NCBI GenBank assembly: GCA_014905635.1
Contig: CM026548.1
Coordinates: forward strand, 372,001-436,000
Direction of reading: 5' to 3'
Length of the DNA stretch: 64,000 nt
From: Scenedesmus sp. PABB004
Taxonomy: Eukaryota
Shown here: positions 10,952-22,700 of the stretch, piece by piece
Layout of the letters: each line of letters begins with the position of its first letter
How positions within the stretch are numbered: the stretch's first letter is position 1
Notes under the pieces: model-generated
Databases searched by the model: none
What the model was told of the DNA's origin: nothing
The model's input: the letters and a program-made list of their open reading frames with translations, nothing else
Made by a program: the position numbers and the translations under genes

Positions 10952-12171
10952 CTACTCAGGCTGGGCCAGAATCTTGCCCGAGCCGGTGAAGTTGCGCTGC
11001 GACGCGCCCTCCTTGCTGCGCGCGTTGGCCTCCAGCGCCGCCTGATACGGCGCCGCGTCAAACCCCCGCTTGCAGCCGACCTGCGGCGGGCGCGCGGCGC
11101 GCTCGGCTGACGCGCGGCGCGAACGCCACGCCGCCGCCGCCCCGCCGCGGGCGGCCGCCCCGCCGCAGCGCGGCGTGCTCACCTTGTCCGCCATGCCCTT
11201 GCTGGCGGCCTTGGCGTGGAAGTCGGGCCGCGCCCAGGCCTCCCTGAACTCGGCGCAGTCGCTCGTCGCAAACGGGCACACCGGGCCGAGCGCGCCGCCG
11301 CCGCCGCCGCGGTTGCGCAGCCGCGCGGCCGCGAGCTGCTGCTGGTGCTCCTCCAGCGCCGCGCGGTAGAGCTCCGGCTCAAAGCTCGCCGCCGCGCCGA
11401 TCTGCGGCCCGGGCGCGCACGCGCGGTCAGGCCGGCGCCCGGCGGGCGTTGGCGGGCCCGGCGGGCGCGGCGCGGCGCGCGCCTTGTCCGGCAGCGGCTT
11501 GCTCGTCTCCTGCAGGTGGAAGGAGCGGTCGCCGGCGTACGCGGCCGCGCGGTCGACGTCCTGCGTGGCGTAGGGCGTGCCGGCGCCGGCGTAGTTGCGG
11601 CTCCGCGTCTCCGCCATGTTGCGCTCGTTGTCCTGGCGGTTGGTCAGGTAGACCGCCGCCTCGAAGCCCTCCACGCCGGCCTGCGCGGGTCGAGGCGCCG
11701 TGAGCTGCGGCGCCGCCGACAGCGGCGCCGCCGGCTGCGCAGCGCCGCCTGCTCAGCGGCGGCGCGCGAGGCTCCGCCGCCGCCCCGGCTCCTCGCCTTG
11801 CCGGTGATGGAGCGGCTCTTCGTGTTCAGGTGGAAGTCCTCGGGGCGCCCGTACACGCTCTCGTCGCTGCCGGTCGCGTGCGCGTAGGGCACGCCCGCGA
11901 CCTCCGGCGGCGCCGCGCCTGCGCGGCGCGCGGCGGGCGGGCGGCGGCCGGCACGGTCCGGCATGACCGCAGGAGCAGCCGGGGGCGGCCGCGGGCGCTG
12001 CGGTCGACCTCACCCCTCGCGCGGCCGCGCGGCGGAGTCGCGGCGCCGCCCTGCTCCTGCGTGATGAGCCCGCGCGCGCCGCCGACCCTGCGCGACGCGG
12101 AGGACGTCAGCGGCCTCGTCTGCGCGCGCGGGGCGGGCCGGCGGGCGTCCTACGCGCCTGGGCGGGTCCAT
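10952..12171 (-). CDS. Hypothetical protein made of three ~70-aa tandem repeats
   Basis: Spliced product has three units of the form P(Y/F)A..FH..S(K/R)....K|.G...F....Y...RN. Introns at 11081-11182, 11402-11482, 11681-11796 plus one further upstream. The first ~50 nt need a very short intron or an indel. Confidence 0.7.
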
Positions 12172-12361
12172 GGCCGCGGAAATAGCTTGACGTCGAGTTG
12201 GTTGGCGCGCGGATTCGGCGGCGTGAGACTCGCGGTCGCTGTGCGGTCGCGTGCGGGGGTGTGGATGCGCGCGCCAGCGGCGGTGGGGCGGGGGGAGGCG
12301 GCGCACATTTTTGACCGCGCGGACCGCGCCCGCCCGGCTGCCGCCGCCCTGAACTTTGCGA

Positions 12362-13339
12362 TCAGTCCCGCAGCGCGCCGGCGTTGAGGCCGCCCATGAA
12401 GCTGTGCGCCTCCGGGACGGCGCCGTTGAAGGAGGCCTGGGAGAAGTCGAAGCCCGGGTTCTGCGCAGCAGCACGCGCCGCGGCGCGCGCTCGGCCGCGG
12501 CGCGCGCTCGGCCGGGGCGACGGCGGGCAGCGGCGGCAGCGGGCGGCGGCGGCGGCGGCAGCGGGCGGCGCGCGCTCGGCGCCGGCGGCGCGCGCCTCTC
12601 GCTGGAAGCGCTCGAGCAGCAGCCGCTGGCTGTCGGCCTCCTGGCCCGCCGGGTTGAGCTCGTGCCCCGCGATGACCCCCGCCCAGGGCTCGCCCTGCGC
12701 GGCACGCGGGCGCGGCGTGAGCGGCAGCCGCCGGCCGCCGGGCTCCCCGCCTGCCCCCTCGGCTCGCGTGCGGCGGTGCGCGGCGCGCACCGGCTTGAGC
12801 TTGGTGAGGCTGATGTGCAGCACGCCGTCCTCTGCGGCGCCGCCGGCAGCAGCGATCGCGGCGCAGACCGCGCGGCGCAGCGGGCCGGCGCGGCGTCGGG
12901 CGGCCGCGCGGCGCGCGGCGCGGCCTGCTGCGTGCGCGCTGCTCGCCGGGTGGCGGCGCGCACCGAGCGTCCAGATGCAGTCCGAGACCTTGACCGGCTT
13001 GTGCAGGTCCAGCTGCATGCGGCGCGGCGGCCGCGGTCGGCGCGGGCGCGCTCGCGCGGCCCACACGCTGCACGTGCCGCCGCGCGCCGCCGCCGCGCCG
13101 CTACCGCGGCGGTGTCGGCGGCGCCGGAAAAACAGTCTCACGTCGAGGAAGGGCGGGTTGCCCTTGCGCCCGAAGCGCAGGTGCTGCTGCTCGACGTCGC
13201 AGAAGATCTCCCGCGCCCGCACGTCGGGCGGCACGGGCACGTACACCGCCACCTCGGCGAGGCTCTGCTCCCACTCGTACACCGTGCGCCCCTGCGCGAC
13301 GACGGCGTGCCGCCGCGCCGCCGCCAGGCGCTCCGCCAT
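12362..13339 (-). CDS. NUDCD2: NudC domain-containing protein 2-like (CS/p23 co-chaperone)
   Basis: Exons give YEWEQSLAEVAVYV..CIWTLEDGVLHISLTK..QRLLLERFQRENPGFDFSQASFNG. Four introns. Confidence 0.88.
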   Translation of the reverse strand: MAERLAAARRHAVVAQGRTVYEWEQSLAEVAVYVPVPPDVRAREIFCDVEQQHLRFGRKGNPPFLDVRLFFRRRRHRRGSGAAAARGGTCSVWAARARPRRPRPPRRMQLDLHKPVKVSDCIWTLGARRHPASSAHAAGRAARRAAARRRAGPLRRAVCAAIAAAGGAAEDGVLHISLTKLKPVRAAHRRTRAEGAGGEPGGRRLPLTPRPRAAQGEPWAGVIAGHELNPAGQEADSQRLLLERFQREARAAGAERAPPAAAAAAARCRRCPPSPRPSARRGRARAAARAAAQNPGFDFSQASFNGAVPEAHSFMGGLNAGALRD

Positions 13340-13825
13340 GCGCGGCGGCGGCGGCTGGCGCGGCGGCGGGCCGCGCCGGGGCGAGAGCGCTTGCCGCCGC
13401 CCGGGCTGCGGCGGCGCCCGTGGCGCTGCGGCGCTGCTGCTGCTGTGGGCGGCTCGCGCGGGCGCGGCAAGGGGTGCGCGGAGGCGGCTCGCGCCTGCGA
13501 CTGCTCAGCACGGGCGGCGGCGGGACTGCGGCGGCGCAGGGCGGCGCCCGAGCTGGGCGCAGCTGCGGCGGCGTTCCGGGTTCAGCGCGGTTCAACTGGT
13601 CGTCGAGCGCGGCCGCGTGCAGCCCCCGCGCTGTCTGTGCGCTCCGAACCACACTCCCCCGCGCTGCCGGCGACTGTCCGCCCCCCCGTGGCCCGCCTCG
13701 GCATCAGCAGCAGTAGCCAGGGCCCCCCTCCCGCCCCGCCGCGCGGAGCTCACGCCCCGCGCGCCCCACCGGAGCGAGCGCCGGTCGCCGCCCCACCGTC
13801 CAGAGGAGCAGCAGCAGCAGCGGCC

Positions 13826-14504
13826 ATGCCGCCGCGCGCGGCGCCGCGCCCGCCGCAGCGGCTCACGCGCGCGCACCTCACCTACTTCAGCCTGGGCCTG
13901 CCGCTCGGCCTCATCGCCGTCAGCGTCGGCATCGCCGGCATGCTGGTTGTCATGGGTGCGCGCGCGCGCACGCCCGCCGCCGACGCCGCACGCGCCGCCG
14001 CCGCCGACGCCGCACGCCCCACGCCGCGCCGCGCAGACACGGAGCGCGCGTCGGCGCTGTCGCAGACGCAGTTTGCGGCGCTCTGGCGCCGCGCGGTGGA
14101 GCACAACCCGTTTGTGCAGGCGTTCACGCTCAACTTCGGGGCCATCGGTGCGGCGCGAGCACTTGCGCACGCGCCCGCGCGCCGCCGCGCGGGCAGCGAC
14201 GGTGCAGCCGCGCCGCAGGCACGCCGCCCGACGCCGCCCTGTTTGCCGCGCGCCGCGCGCCGCGCGCCAGGCCTGGGGTTCAGCGTCGTAAAGCTGCTGG
14301 AGCACCGCCGCGCGGTGCAGGTGCGGCGCGTGCTGGCGCGGCGGCGGCGCGCCGACGCGCCCGGCGCGCACCCCACGCGCCCGCCCCGCGCCCCGCGCGC
14401 CGCCGCCTCGCCACTGCCGCCTCACGACCGCCGCCTCGCCACCGCCGCATCCGCAGCTCGAGGCGGCGCCGCAGCGCGGGGCAGACAGCCGCAAGGACCG
14501 GTGA
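13826..14504 (+). CDS. Small hypothetical membrane protein with about two hydrophobic segments
   Basis: Four exons with GT-AG joins: MPPRAAP..FSLGLPLGLIAVSVGIAGMLVVM|DTER..FTLNFGAI|GLGFSVVKLLEHRRAVQ|LEAAPQ..DR*. Confidence 0.65.
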
Positions 14505-14713
14505 CGCTCGCACGGCCGGCGCCCAAGCGCCGCCGGCGGTTTTGCGATGCGACGCACGACGCGCGTGGCACGTGTGTGATTAGTGCTGAGGTGCAACAAC
14601 GCAGCCGCTGCCGATCACCCGCGGCACGGCACGCTCACACACCGCGGCAGCGCGCCGCGCCGATCGCCGCCGCCCTGCCGCTGCCGCCGATCGCGCGCGT
14701 ACCAGCGTTCGCC

Positions 14714-16100
14714 ATGGCCGACGGTGCCAGCGACGCCTCTCCCGCTGGAGGACGCGGCTCCGACGTCGGGGCCGCGCGCGCGGCGGCAGCAGGCGTGGAG
14801 AAGCAGTCGAGCATCACCCGCGCGCCCAGCCTCGACGCCGCCGCCCCCCGGGCGCCCTCGCGGCGCTGGTCGTTCGGGCGCAACTCCACCGACGCCTCGC
14901 CGCTGGGCAGCCGCGACCAGGGCGACGCGGCGGCGGACGCAGCGGCAGCGGCAGCAGCGGCGCACGCCGCCGCGGCCGCGCTGGACGCAGTTGCAGCCGA
15001 GGTGGCGGCCACCGGCACAGAAGCAGATGGGCCGGACGTGGCCGTGGAGCCTCTGGCGGGCGCGGAAGCGGCACCGCCCGCAAACGCGACCGTCGCCGAG
15101 CCGGCGCCGCCGCCGCTGCAGCGCCCCCCGAGCCGGGGCTGGTCGTTCGGTCGCTCGAACAGCGGCAGCGCCTCTGCCAGGCGGCAGGAGTCGCTGCGGC
15201 GGCAGGACAGCAGCAGCAGCAGCGCCAGCAGCAAGGCAGGCGCGGCAGCGGACGCAGGCGCGGGGGAGCGCGAGGCCGCAGCCGCTGCTGCAGAGGCGCT
15301 CGCCGCCGCGCCGGCGGAGCAGGCCGACGCCCTCGTGGCGGCGGCGGCGGACGTGGCGGCGGCGGCGGTGGTGGCGGCCGCCGACGCCACGCCGCTCACG
15401 CCCGGGCCGGTGCTGCTCGAGCCGGCGGGCGCGGCGCCGCCCGCGCCGGCGCCTGCGGCAGCGGCGCCGCCGACGCCCGAGCGCGCCGCCGACGCTCAGC
15501 ACAAGGACGGCGGCGGCGACGGCGGTGGGCCGCCGCTGCTGGCGCTCGGCGGCGCCGCCGCGGGCGTCGCCGCCGCGGCGGCCGCGCTCGCGTGGTGGCT
15601 GCGGCGCGCCCGCGGCGCGGCGCGCCCGGCCGCCCCGCCGCCGGGCGGCGCGCCGCCCGGCGACGAGTTTGACCGCGAGCTGCGGGCGATGGAGGCGGAG
15701 GAGGCGGCGATGGAGGCCGAGGCGGCGGCGGGCGGCGGCGGCGGCGACCTGTCGGCGGAGGAGGCCGAGCTCGCCGCGCGCGGGGCCGAGGCCGCGCGCA
15801 AGGAGCGCATCATCGCGGCCGCGCTGGCCGAGGGCGACGCCGAGATGGCCAAAATCGATGGTGCGCCGCGCCGCGCCGCGCGCCGACGGGGCGCGGCGCC
15901 GCGCGCCGCACGGCCTGCCGCCCCCAGTTGCGCGCCGGGGCCGCCGCCCCGCGCCGACCGTCGCCGCCCCGCGCCGACCGTCGCCGCCCGCCGCCGTCGC
16001 GCGCCGCGCCGCAGCGATGGGCGAGGAAGAGCTGGGCGACCTCAGCCCAGAGGAGCTGGCGGCGCTCGAGGCGGAGCTGGCGGAGCTTGAGGCCGCGTGA
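14714..16100 (+). CDS. Hypothetical low-complexity single-pass membrane protein with acidic helical C-terminus
   Basis: ATG at 14714. Ala/Pro/Ser-rich, with two WSFGR motifs and a hydrophobic segment LLALGGAAAGVAAAAAALAWWL. One intron near 15861-16014; tail ELGDLSPEELAALEAELAELEAA*. Confidence 0.6.
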
Positions 16101-16641
16101 CGCGGCGGCGCGCGCGAGGGGCTCGAGGGCGGCGTCGCGGGGGGGGGGGGGGGGGCTGAGCGCGCGCGCGCGCACCAATGCACGAGGCGTCCCTGCTGCT
16201 GCGGCCTGTAGGTTGTGAAGAAATCTGGTCAGCACTGTGCTGCTTTCGCCACAGCGCCTTGCTGTGTTTTTGAGCGAGGGATCGACCCATGAACTGCTGC
16301 TGCCGTATCTGCATCCCAGTCGCGGGGGTGGGCCGGGGCGCTGCTGCGCACGGGGGGAGCACTCGGACGCGCCGCAGCGGCGCAGCGGCCCGGCGTTACA
16401 CGACCACGGCGGCGCCGGTAACGTCGCGCAACTGCAGCAGCCTCCAGCAGCACACGGCGGCGCGCCGCCCGCCACGCCGGCCCGCGCAGCACCTCCTCCC
16501 TACGCGGCCGCGCCGCGGGGCGCGCGCCGCCGCCGCCGGGGCGCCGCGGCCGCGCCTGCGGCCGCGGCCCAGCCCGGCGCCCTCCCCCGCCGCCTCCGGC
16601 GCGGCGCGCCAGCTCCGCCAGCTCGCTGTCTGGCAGCAGCC

Positions 16642-17869
16642 TTACGCGGCCGGCTTGTTGGCGGGCTTGTTGTCCTCGCGGGGGCGGAAGCGCTTGGGCG
16701 GCTCGCGGTTGCGGCGGTCCTTGCGGCTGCGCACGCGCACCACCTTGCTGTGGATGGCCGCGCTCACGCAGTAGTAGACCTTGCGGTAGATCTTGGGCAG
16801 CACGTAGCCTGCGGCGCGGCAGACGCAGAGGGCAGACGGGCAGACGGGCGGGCGGCGTGAGGCGTGAGGCGTGTGGGCGCGGGCGGCGGCCGACGGACGG
16901 GCGGGCGGGAGATGGGGGAGCGGCGCAGCGCGCACGGCTTGCCCCCCTCTGCGGGTGCCCCCCGCTGCGCGCGCTGCTGCCGGCGGCAGGGCCGCTGCTG
17001 CCGCTGCTGCCGGCGGCGGGGCCGCTGCTGCTGCCGGCGGCGGAGCAGCGGCGCCAGCGGCGGCTCCGCCGCTGCCGCCACTGCTGCCGGGGGCGCAGAG
17101 CGGCTGCTGCCGCCGCTGTGCCGCCGACGCTGGTGCTGCCACTCGCTGCTCTGGCGCTCCTCGATCGCTCGCCGCGGCGACGCGCGCGGTCCTCGCTGCG
17201 ACCCCGCGGCGCCGGCCACCACACGCCGCCACGGGCGCTGCCGCCGCCGCCGCCTGCTCCGCCGCTGCCGTGCGCTGCCGCCGCTCGCTCGCATGGGCGC
17301 GCGCGGCGCGCCGGGCTGATGCAGCCGCCCCCGGCGTCCGCGTGGGGCCGCGCCGGCGCGCGCGCGCCGCGCCGCGCCGCTCGCCGCCGCGGCGGCTCGC
17401 CCGCCGCTGCTCCGCGCCGGCCCGGCGCCGTGCTGCGCCGGCGCCGCGCGGCGGGCCGCCCCGGCGCGCGCCGGCCTCTGGGGCGCCCTCCCCGCGCGCC
17501 CACGCGCGCGCGCCGGGGCCCCAGCGGGCGCTGCGGCGCACCATCAAACACGCTCGAGTCCTGGATGTCGCGGATGGCGGAGGCGTCCACGATGTTCCTG
17601 ACGATGAAGCGCTTGATGGCCTTGTCCTTGGGGACCATCACGCCCGAGGCCTCGCAGCGCACGCGCCGCACCTGCGATGCGGGCCGCCGGCGCCCCTCAG
17701 CCGCCGCGCACGGCCCCCGCCCGCGGGGACCGCGCGTCCTGCCGCCCCGCCCCCAGGCGCGCCGCCGCGCCCGGCCGGCGCGCGGTGCGGCCGCGCCGAT
17801 CCCCGCCGCCCTCCGCACCAGGCCGCGGCCATGCTTGTTGCGCCCTCCGTTCCTGCGCTTCTTCGTCAT
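16642..17869 (-). CDS. RPS26: 40S ribosomal protein eS26
   Basis: [60 protein letters not shown]. Two introns, the second about 730 nt. Minus-strand TGTAA at 16396-16400. Confidence 0.97.
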
Positions 17870-18169
17870 CGTGACAGGCGGCTCGGCAGAGGGCGAGCGC
17901 CGGGCGCGAGGCTCCTCTTAGCGAGCAGCAGCCGAGGGTTCTGCGAGCTTGGCGCTCGACCGACGGCCAGGGCCGTTCGACTAGGGCCGCTCGACCACCG
18001 CCAGTGGCGAGCGCCGCGACCCGCCCGCTCGGCTGGGGAGGCGCTGCTGCTGAGGCGCGGCGCGCGGCAGCGGCGGCGCCGGCGGCCGGCGGTGACGGCC
18101 CGTCTCGCAGGGCGTGCTTTACCCCTCGCGCGCTTTACCCTCCACCCAGACACACAGCACCACCACGCG

Positions 18170-19295
18170 TCACACGTCGAGCAGCACCGCGCCGGCCGGC
18201 GGCGCGCGCCGGCGGCTGGCGTGGCGCGCGTGCTGCCGCGCGAGCAGCGGCGACACGAGCCGCGGCGGCCGGCGCAGCCCCGCCGCCGCGACGGCGTCGG
18301 CGTCGCCCGGCGCGAGCGCGCGCACGCGCACGTTGAGGTGGCTCAGCCGGCTCTCCTTGATGCCCGCGTTGCCGCGGCCCATGATCGCGACGCGCTTGAC
18401 GCCGAGCTTGCCCTTTGTCGCAAACGCCTCGGCCACGATCAGCGCCGCCGCGTCGGGCGCGCCGGCGCAGAGCGCGTTGTTGCGCGCGTTGGCGACCGCG
18501 TGCAGCACGTACGTCGCCGCCTTCTTGGGGTTGGCCGACAGCTGCGCGAGCGCGTCGTCCACGTAGCTGCGCCGCACCTGCGCGGCCGCGGCCGCGGGCG
18601 CGGCGGGGCGCGGCAGGCGGGGTCGGCGGCGCGGCGGCGGCGGGCGGCGGCGGGGTCGGCGAGCACGCGCGGCCGCGGCCGGCGCCGGCGCGGCGCGGCG
18701 CGCCGCGTGCCACTGCCCCGCCGCCCACGGCGGCCGCACCATGCGCAGCACAAAGTCGAGCTTCTTCCAGCCCAGCTTGATGTTGCGCCGCCGGCACACG
18801 CCCTCGATCGGGCCGTCGCGCTGCGCTGCCGCGCGCTGCTGCTGCGGCTGCGGCTCCGGCTGCTGCTGCGGCTCGAGCGGCTGCTCCGGCGACTGCTGCG
18901 GCGCCGCCGCCGGCGCGCTCAGCGGGCTTGGCTGCGCGAGCGGCCCCGCGCCGCCGCCGTCGCTGCTGAGCGCCCGCGTGCTGCCGTTCCATGGGCCGCT
19001 GGCAAAGCCGCCGCCGCCGCCGCGCTGCCGCCACGGGCTGCTGGCCGCGGCCGCTGCTGCTGCCGCGCGGGCCGGCTGCGGCGCGGGCGGCGGGGCGGTG
19101 GTGGTGAGGCAGCGCGCCCGCCGGCCGCCCCCAGGCGGCGCTGCGCCCCGGCGCGCCGCGCACCTGCTGCGCCGCCGCGGCGGCGGCCGCCCACGCGTGC
19201 GCCGCCGCTGCCGCGGCCGCCGGCGCCGGCGCGACCAGCGCGCCGCCCCGCTGCGCGGCCAGCAGCGCCGCCGCAGCGCGCCCGAGGCGCTGCAT
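18170..19295 (-). CDS. Ribosomal protein uL22, probably mitochondrial
   Basis: Presequence-like N-terminus, then NIKLGWKKLDFVLRM|VRRSYVDDALAQL..KKAA..NARNNA..GRGNAG..SHLNVRV. Confidence 0.85.
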
Positions 19296-19746
19296 TGGCG
19301 CGGCCGCGCGCGCTCGAGGGGGAGGAGGGGGCTAGGAGCGGCGGCGGCAGCAGCGGCAGCGCGTGCGCCTGTCTGCGGCGCTGTGGTTTCCTCCGCGTCT
19401 GCGTGCGCGCGACGTTGCTGCGGTGGTCTGGCACCGACCGCGGAGGCGGGCGAGGAGCGGCCCGGCCTGTCCGCGGCGAGCAGCGGCCGTGAATCGCGCC
19501 TGGCTGCCTCCCCACGCGCAGACGACGGGGGAGCGCCGCCCTTTCCCGCCCCGCAGACCCAGGGCGCCCGGCGCCACACGCGGGCCGCCAGATCAGGTCC
19601 CCGCGCGACCACCACAGGCGGGGGCGCCAACCGCCGCTGCTGCTGCGCCGCGCCGCGGCCGCGCAGCGGTACGCACGGGACGGGCTGGCCGGCCCGCCGG
19701 CCCGGTCGGCGTGGACGTCCCTCACGCCTGAGCGCGCGTCGCCGCG

Positions 19747-22700
19747 ATGCCGGGCGCGGCGCCCGACGCGGCGGCGCCGGGCGGCGCCGCCGACGACGCG
19801 TTGCAGCTCGAGGCGGCGGGCCACGTGGACTGCGCCACCCTGCTGCCGGTGCGCGGCGGCGGGGGCGCCCGCCGCGGCGCGCGCGCCTCGCGATCGCGCG
19901 GCGCCGATCGGCGGCGGAGGCCGAGCCCGGCGCCGCTCCGCGACGCCGCCGCAGGTGGAGGTGTCCAGCCTGCCGCGCGGCCTGCACCCCCGCTGCATCG
20001 CGTTCCACCCCACGCGCCCGCTGCTCGCGGTGGTGCGTGCGCCGCGGCACCGGCGCGCCCGCACCAGCGCGCGCAGCGTGGCGGCCGCGCACGCACGCAC
20101 GCGCGCGCGCGCGCCCCGTTCCGCCCTGCGCGCGCCGCTCTGCAGGGCGTGCAGACGTGCGTGGGCGGATACGACCTCACGACCGGCGTGCGCCTGGGCC
20201 GCGTCGACATCCGCGCGCCCGCGGTGGCGCTGATGTTCAGCCGCGACGGCTCGCTGCTCGTCGTCGCGACGCAGGCGCGCCCGCCGCCCGCCGCCGCCGC
20301 CGCTGCGCCCCGCCACCGCGCCGCCCGTCCCATGCGGCCTCCCCTGCCCCGCGCGCCGCGCAGGAGTGGAGCGTGATCGGCATCAACACCGCCACCTGGC
20401 GCTCGCGCGTGCTCGCGCCCTTCACCGAGCCCCGCAGCGCGCCGCTCGACCACATACTCATGGCCATCACGGGGGTGCGGCGGCGCCGCCGCCGCCTGGC
20501 AGTGCGCGCGCCCGGCCGCGCGCGACGTGCAGCCGCGCCCCGCCTCGGCCGAGCCCCGCCGGCCGCCGGCGCGGGCGCAGGGGTCGCGCCCCGTCGTGTT
20601 TTTCACGCGCGTCGGCAAGAACTCGGTCCGCATGGCCGTCGGCGGCGGCGCCGGCCCCGGCGGCGCGCGGCGCGCCGCGGCGGAGCGCAAGCTCAAGTGG
20701 GGCGTGAAGCTCCGCCTCGACACCAGCCGCGCGGTCGTCGGCCTCGCCGCGCACCCGAGCGCGCAGCAGCTGCTCGTCGCGTACGACGACGGCAGCCTGC
20801 GCTGCTACGCGATGACCAGCACGGGCCTCGCGAGCGCCTGGCCCGCGGCGTACACGCTGCCGGGTGCGCACCCCCCCCCCCCCCCCCCCCGCGGCGCGCG
20901 GCGCGGCGCGGCGCGGCGCGGCGCGGCGCGGCGCGGCAGAGTGCGCACGCGGTCGGCCGCGGCGCCGCGCGCACCCACGCCCGCCCCGCCCGCCCGCCGC
21001 CGCGCAGGCGACGCCGCCGCGCTCGCGCGCGCGTCGGTGGGCCAGCCCGCGCTGCAGGCGCTGCGTCACCCGCTGATTGAGGGCGCGGCGCTGCTCGCCG
21101 TCGCGACGGGCGCGGGCAGCGTGCTGCTGCTGGAGCTGGTGGGCAAGGCGGAGCCGCGCGTGCTGCTCAAGACGCTCACGCCCGGCGGCGCGCCCGTCGT
21201 GGGGCTGGGCATGCTCCTCGCGGAGCGCCTCCTGCTGGCCTTCACCCCCGGCGCCGGCGGGCGGCTCGGCGTGCTCGCGTGGCAGCTCGCGGAGCGCGGC
21301 GCCGCGGCCAAGGGCCCAGGGGGGCAGGCGCCGGGGCTCGCGCTCGAGCCCGTCCCCATTGACGTCGACGGCCTCGACGCGCCGCCGCCCGCCGCGGCGG
21401 CGCCCGCCGGCGCCGGCGCCGGCGCCGGCGCCGCGGCGCGCGCGCGAAGGCGACGGCCGCCGGCGCGGCTGCGCCGAGCTGGCAGGCGCTGTGGGGCAGC
21501 GACGCGGCGGGCGCGGGCATCGACGCCGCGGCGACCGGCAGCTTCCTGCTGGGTGCGTGCGCTGCGCGCGCGCGCCTGCGGCCACGCCGGCGCTCTTGTC
21601 GGCCGCGCCGCCGCGCCGCCGCGCACGCTGACACGCCCGCGCACACGCACCCCCACCTGGACGCAGACAAGCTGCTCGCGCCCGTGGTGCAGGGCGCGGT
21701 GCTGCACCCGACGCTCGGCTGCGTCGCGGTGCAGCGCGCACCGCCGCTGGCGCTCCGGCAGGCGGCCAACATCATGCAGCAGCACCTGGGGCTCATCAGC
21801 GCCCCCGAGGCGGCGATCAGCCGCCGCACCGCGGCGGTGCCGCTGCTGCGCCTGCTGTCGCGCGGCGACCCGTGCGCGCGCTGGCCGGGCAGCGCAGTCG
21901 CACCGATGCACACTGGCCTCACGTTCTGGCAGACCGCCGCCGGGTGCGCCGGCGGCAGAGGGAGGGCTGCGCGCGCGGGCTGCAGCAGCAGCGGCTGCCG
22001 CTGCCGCTGCCCGGCCGCCCACCTCGCTCCCACTCCCGCCCCCCGCCCTTCGCCCTTCGCCCTCGTCCGCCGCCGCCGCCGCGCCGCGCAGCATGGGCCC
22101 CGCGACGCTGCAGTTCCCCTGCCACCTCTATTTCCTCAGCGGCGGCGGACTCTCCAAGTACAGCCTGGCGTCCAAGCAGGCGGGGCGCTTCGTGGCGCTG
22201 CCGCCGGCCGACGGCGCGGGGCGGGCCCACGCGCCGCGCCGGCTCGTGCACAGCGCGCGGCAGCACGCCTGGCTCGCGTTCTTCGAAGACGCGTCGCCGC
22301 GCACCGCCGGCGCCGCGGGCGCGTGGCGCTTCACGCTCGTGCAGGACGCGGCGGCGGCGGGGCAGGCCTCCTGGTTCCTCCCGGGTGCGCGGCACGCGCC
22401 CGCTGCGCGCCGCGCTGCGCACCGCGCCGCGCCGCGCGCCCGCTGCGCGCCTGCCGCGCGCCGCGCCACGCCGCGCCGCGCCACGCCGCTTGCCGCGCGC
22501 AGCGCGCGGCGCCGACGCCGACGCCGCCGGGCCGCCCGCCCGCGCCGCGGCGGCCGCGCAGGCCAGTCGGGCGCGTTCCTGGGGCCGCAGGACCTCACCT
22601 TTGCCGTGCTGCAGCCCGGGTCCAGCTCGCTGAGCGTCTACCGCACGCCGGGTGCGCGCACGCGCCTGCGCCCGCGCACGCCCTCTGCCCCGCTGCGCCG

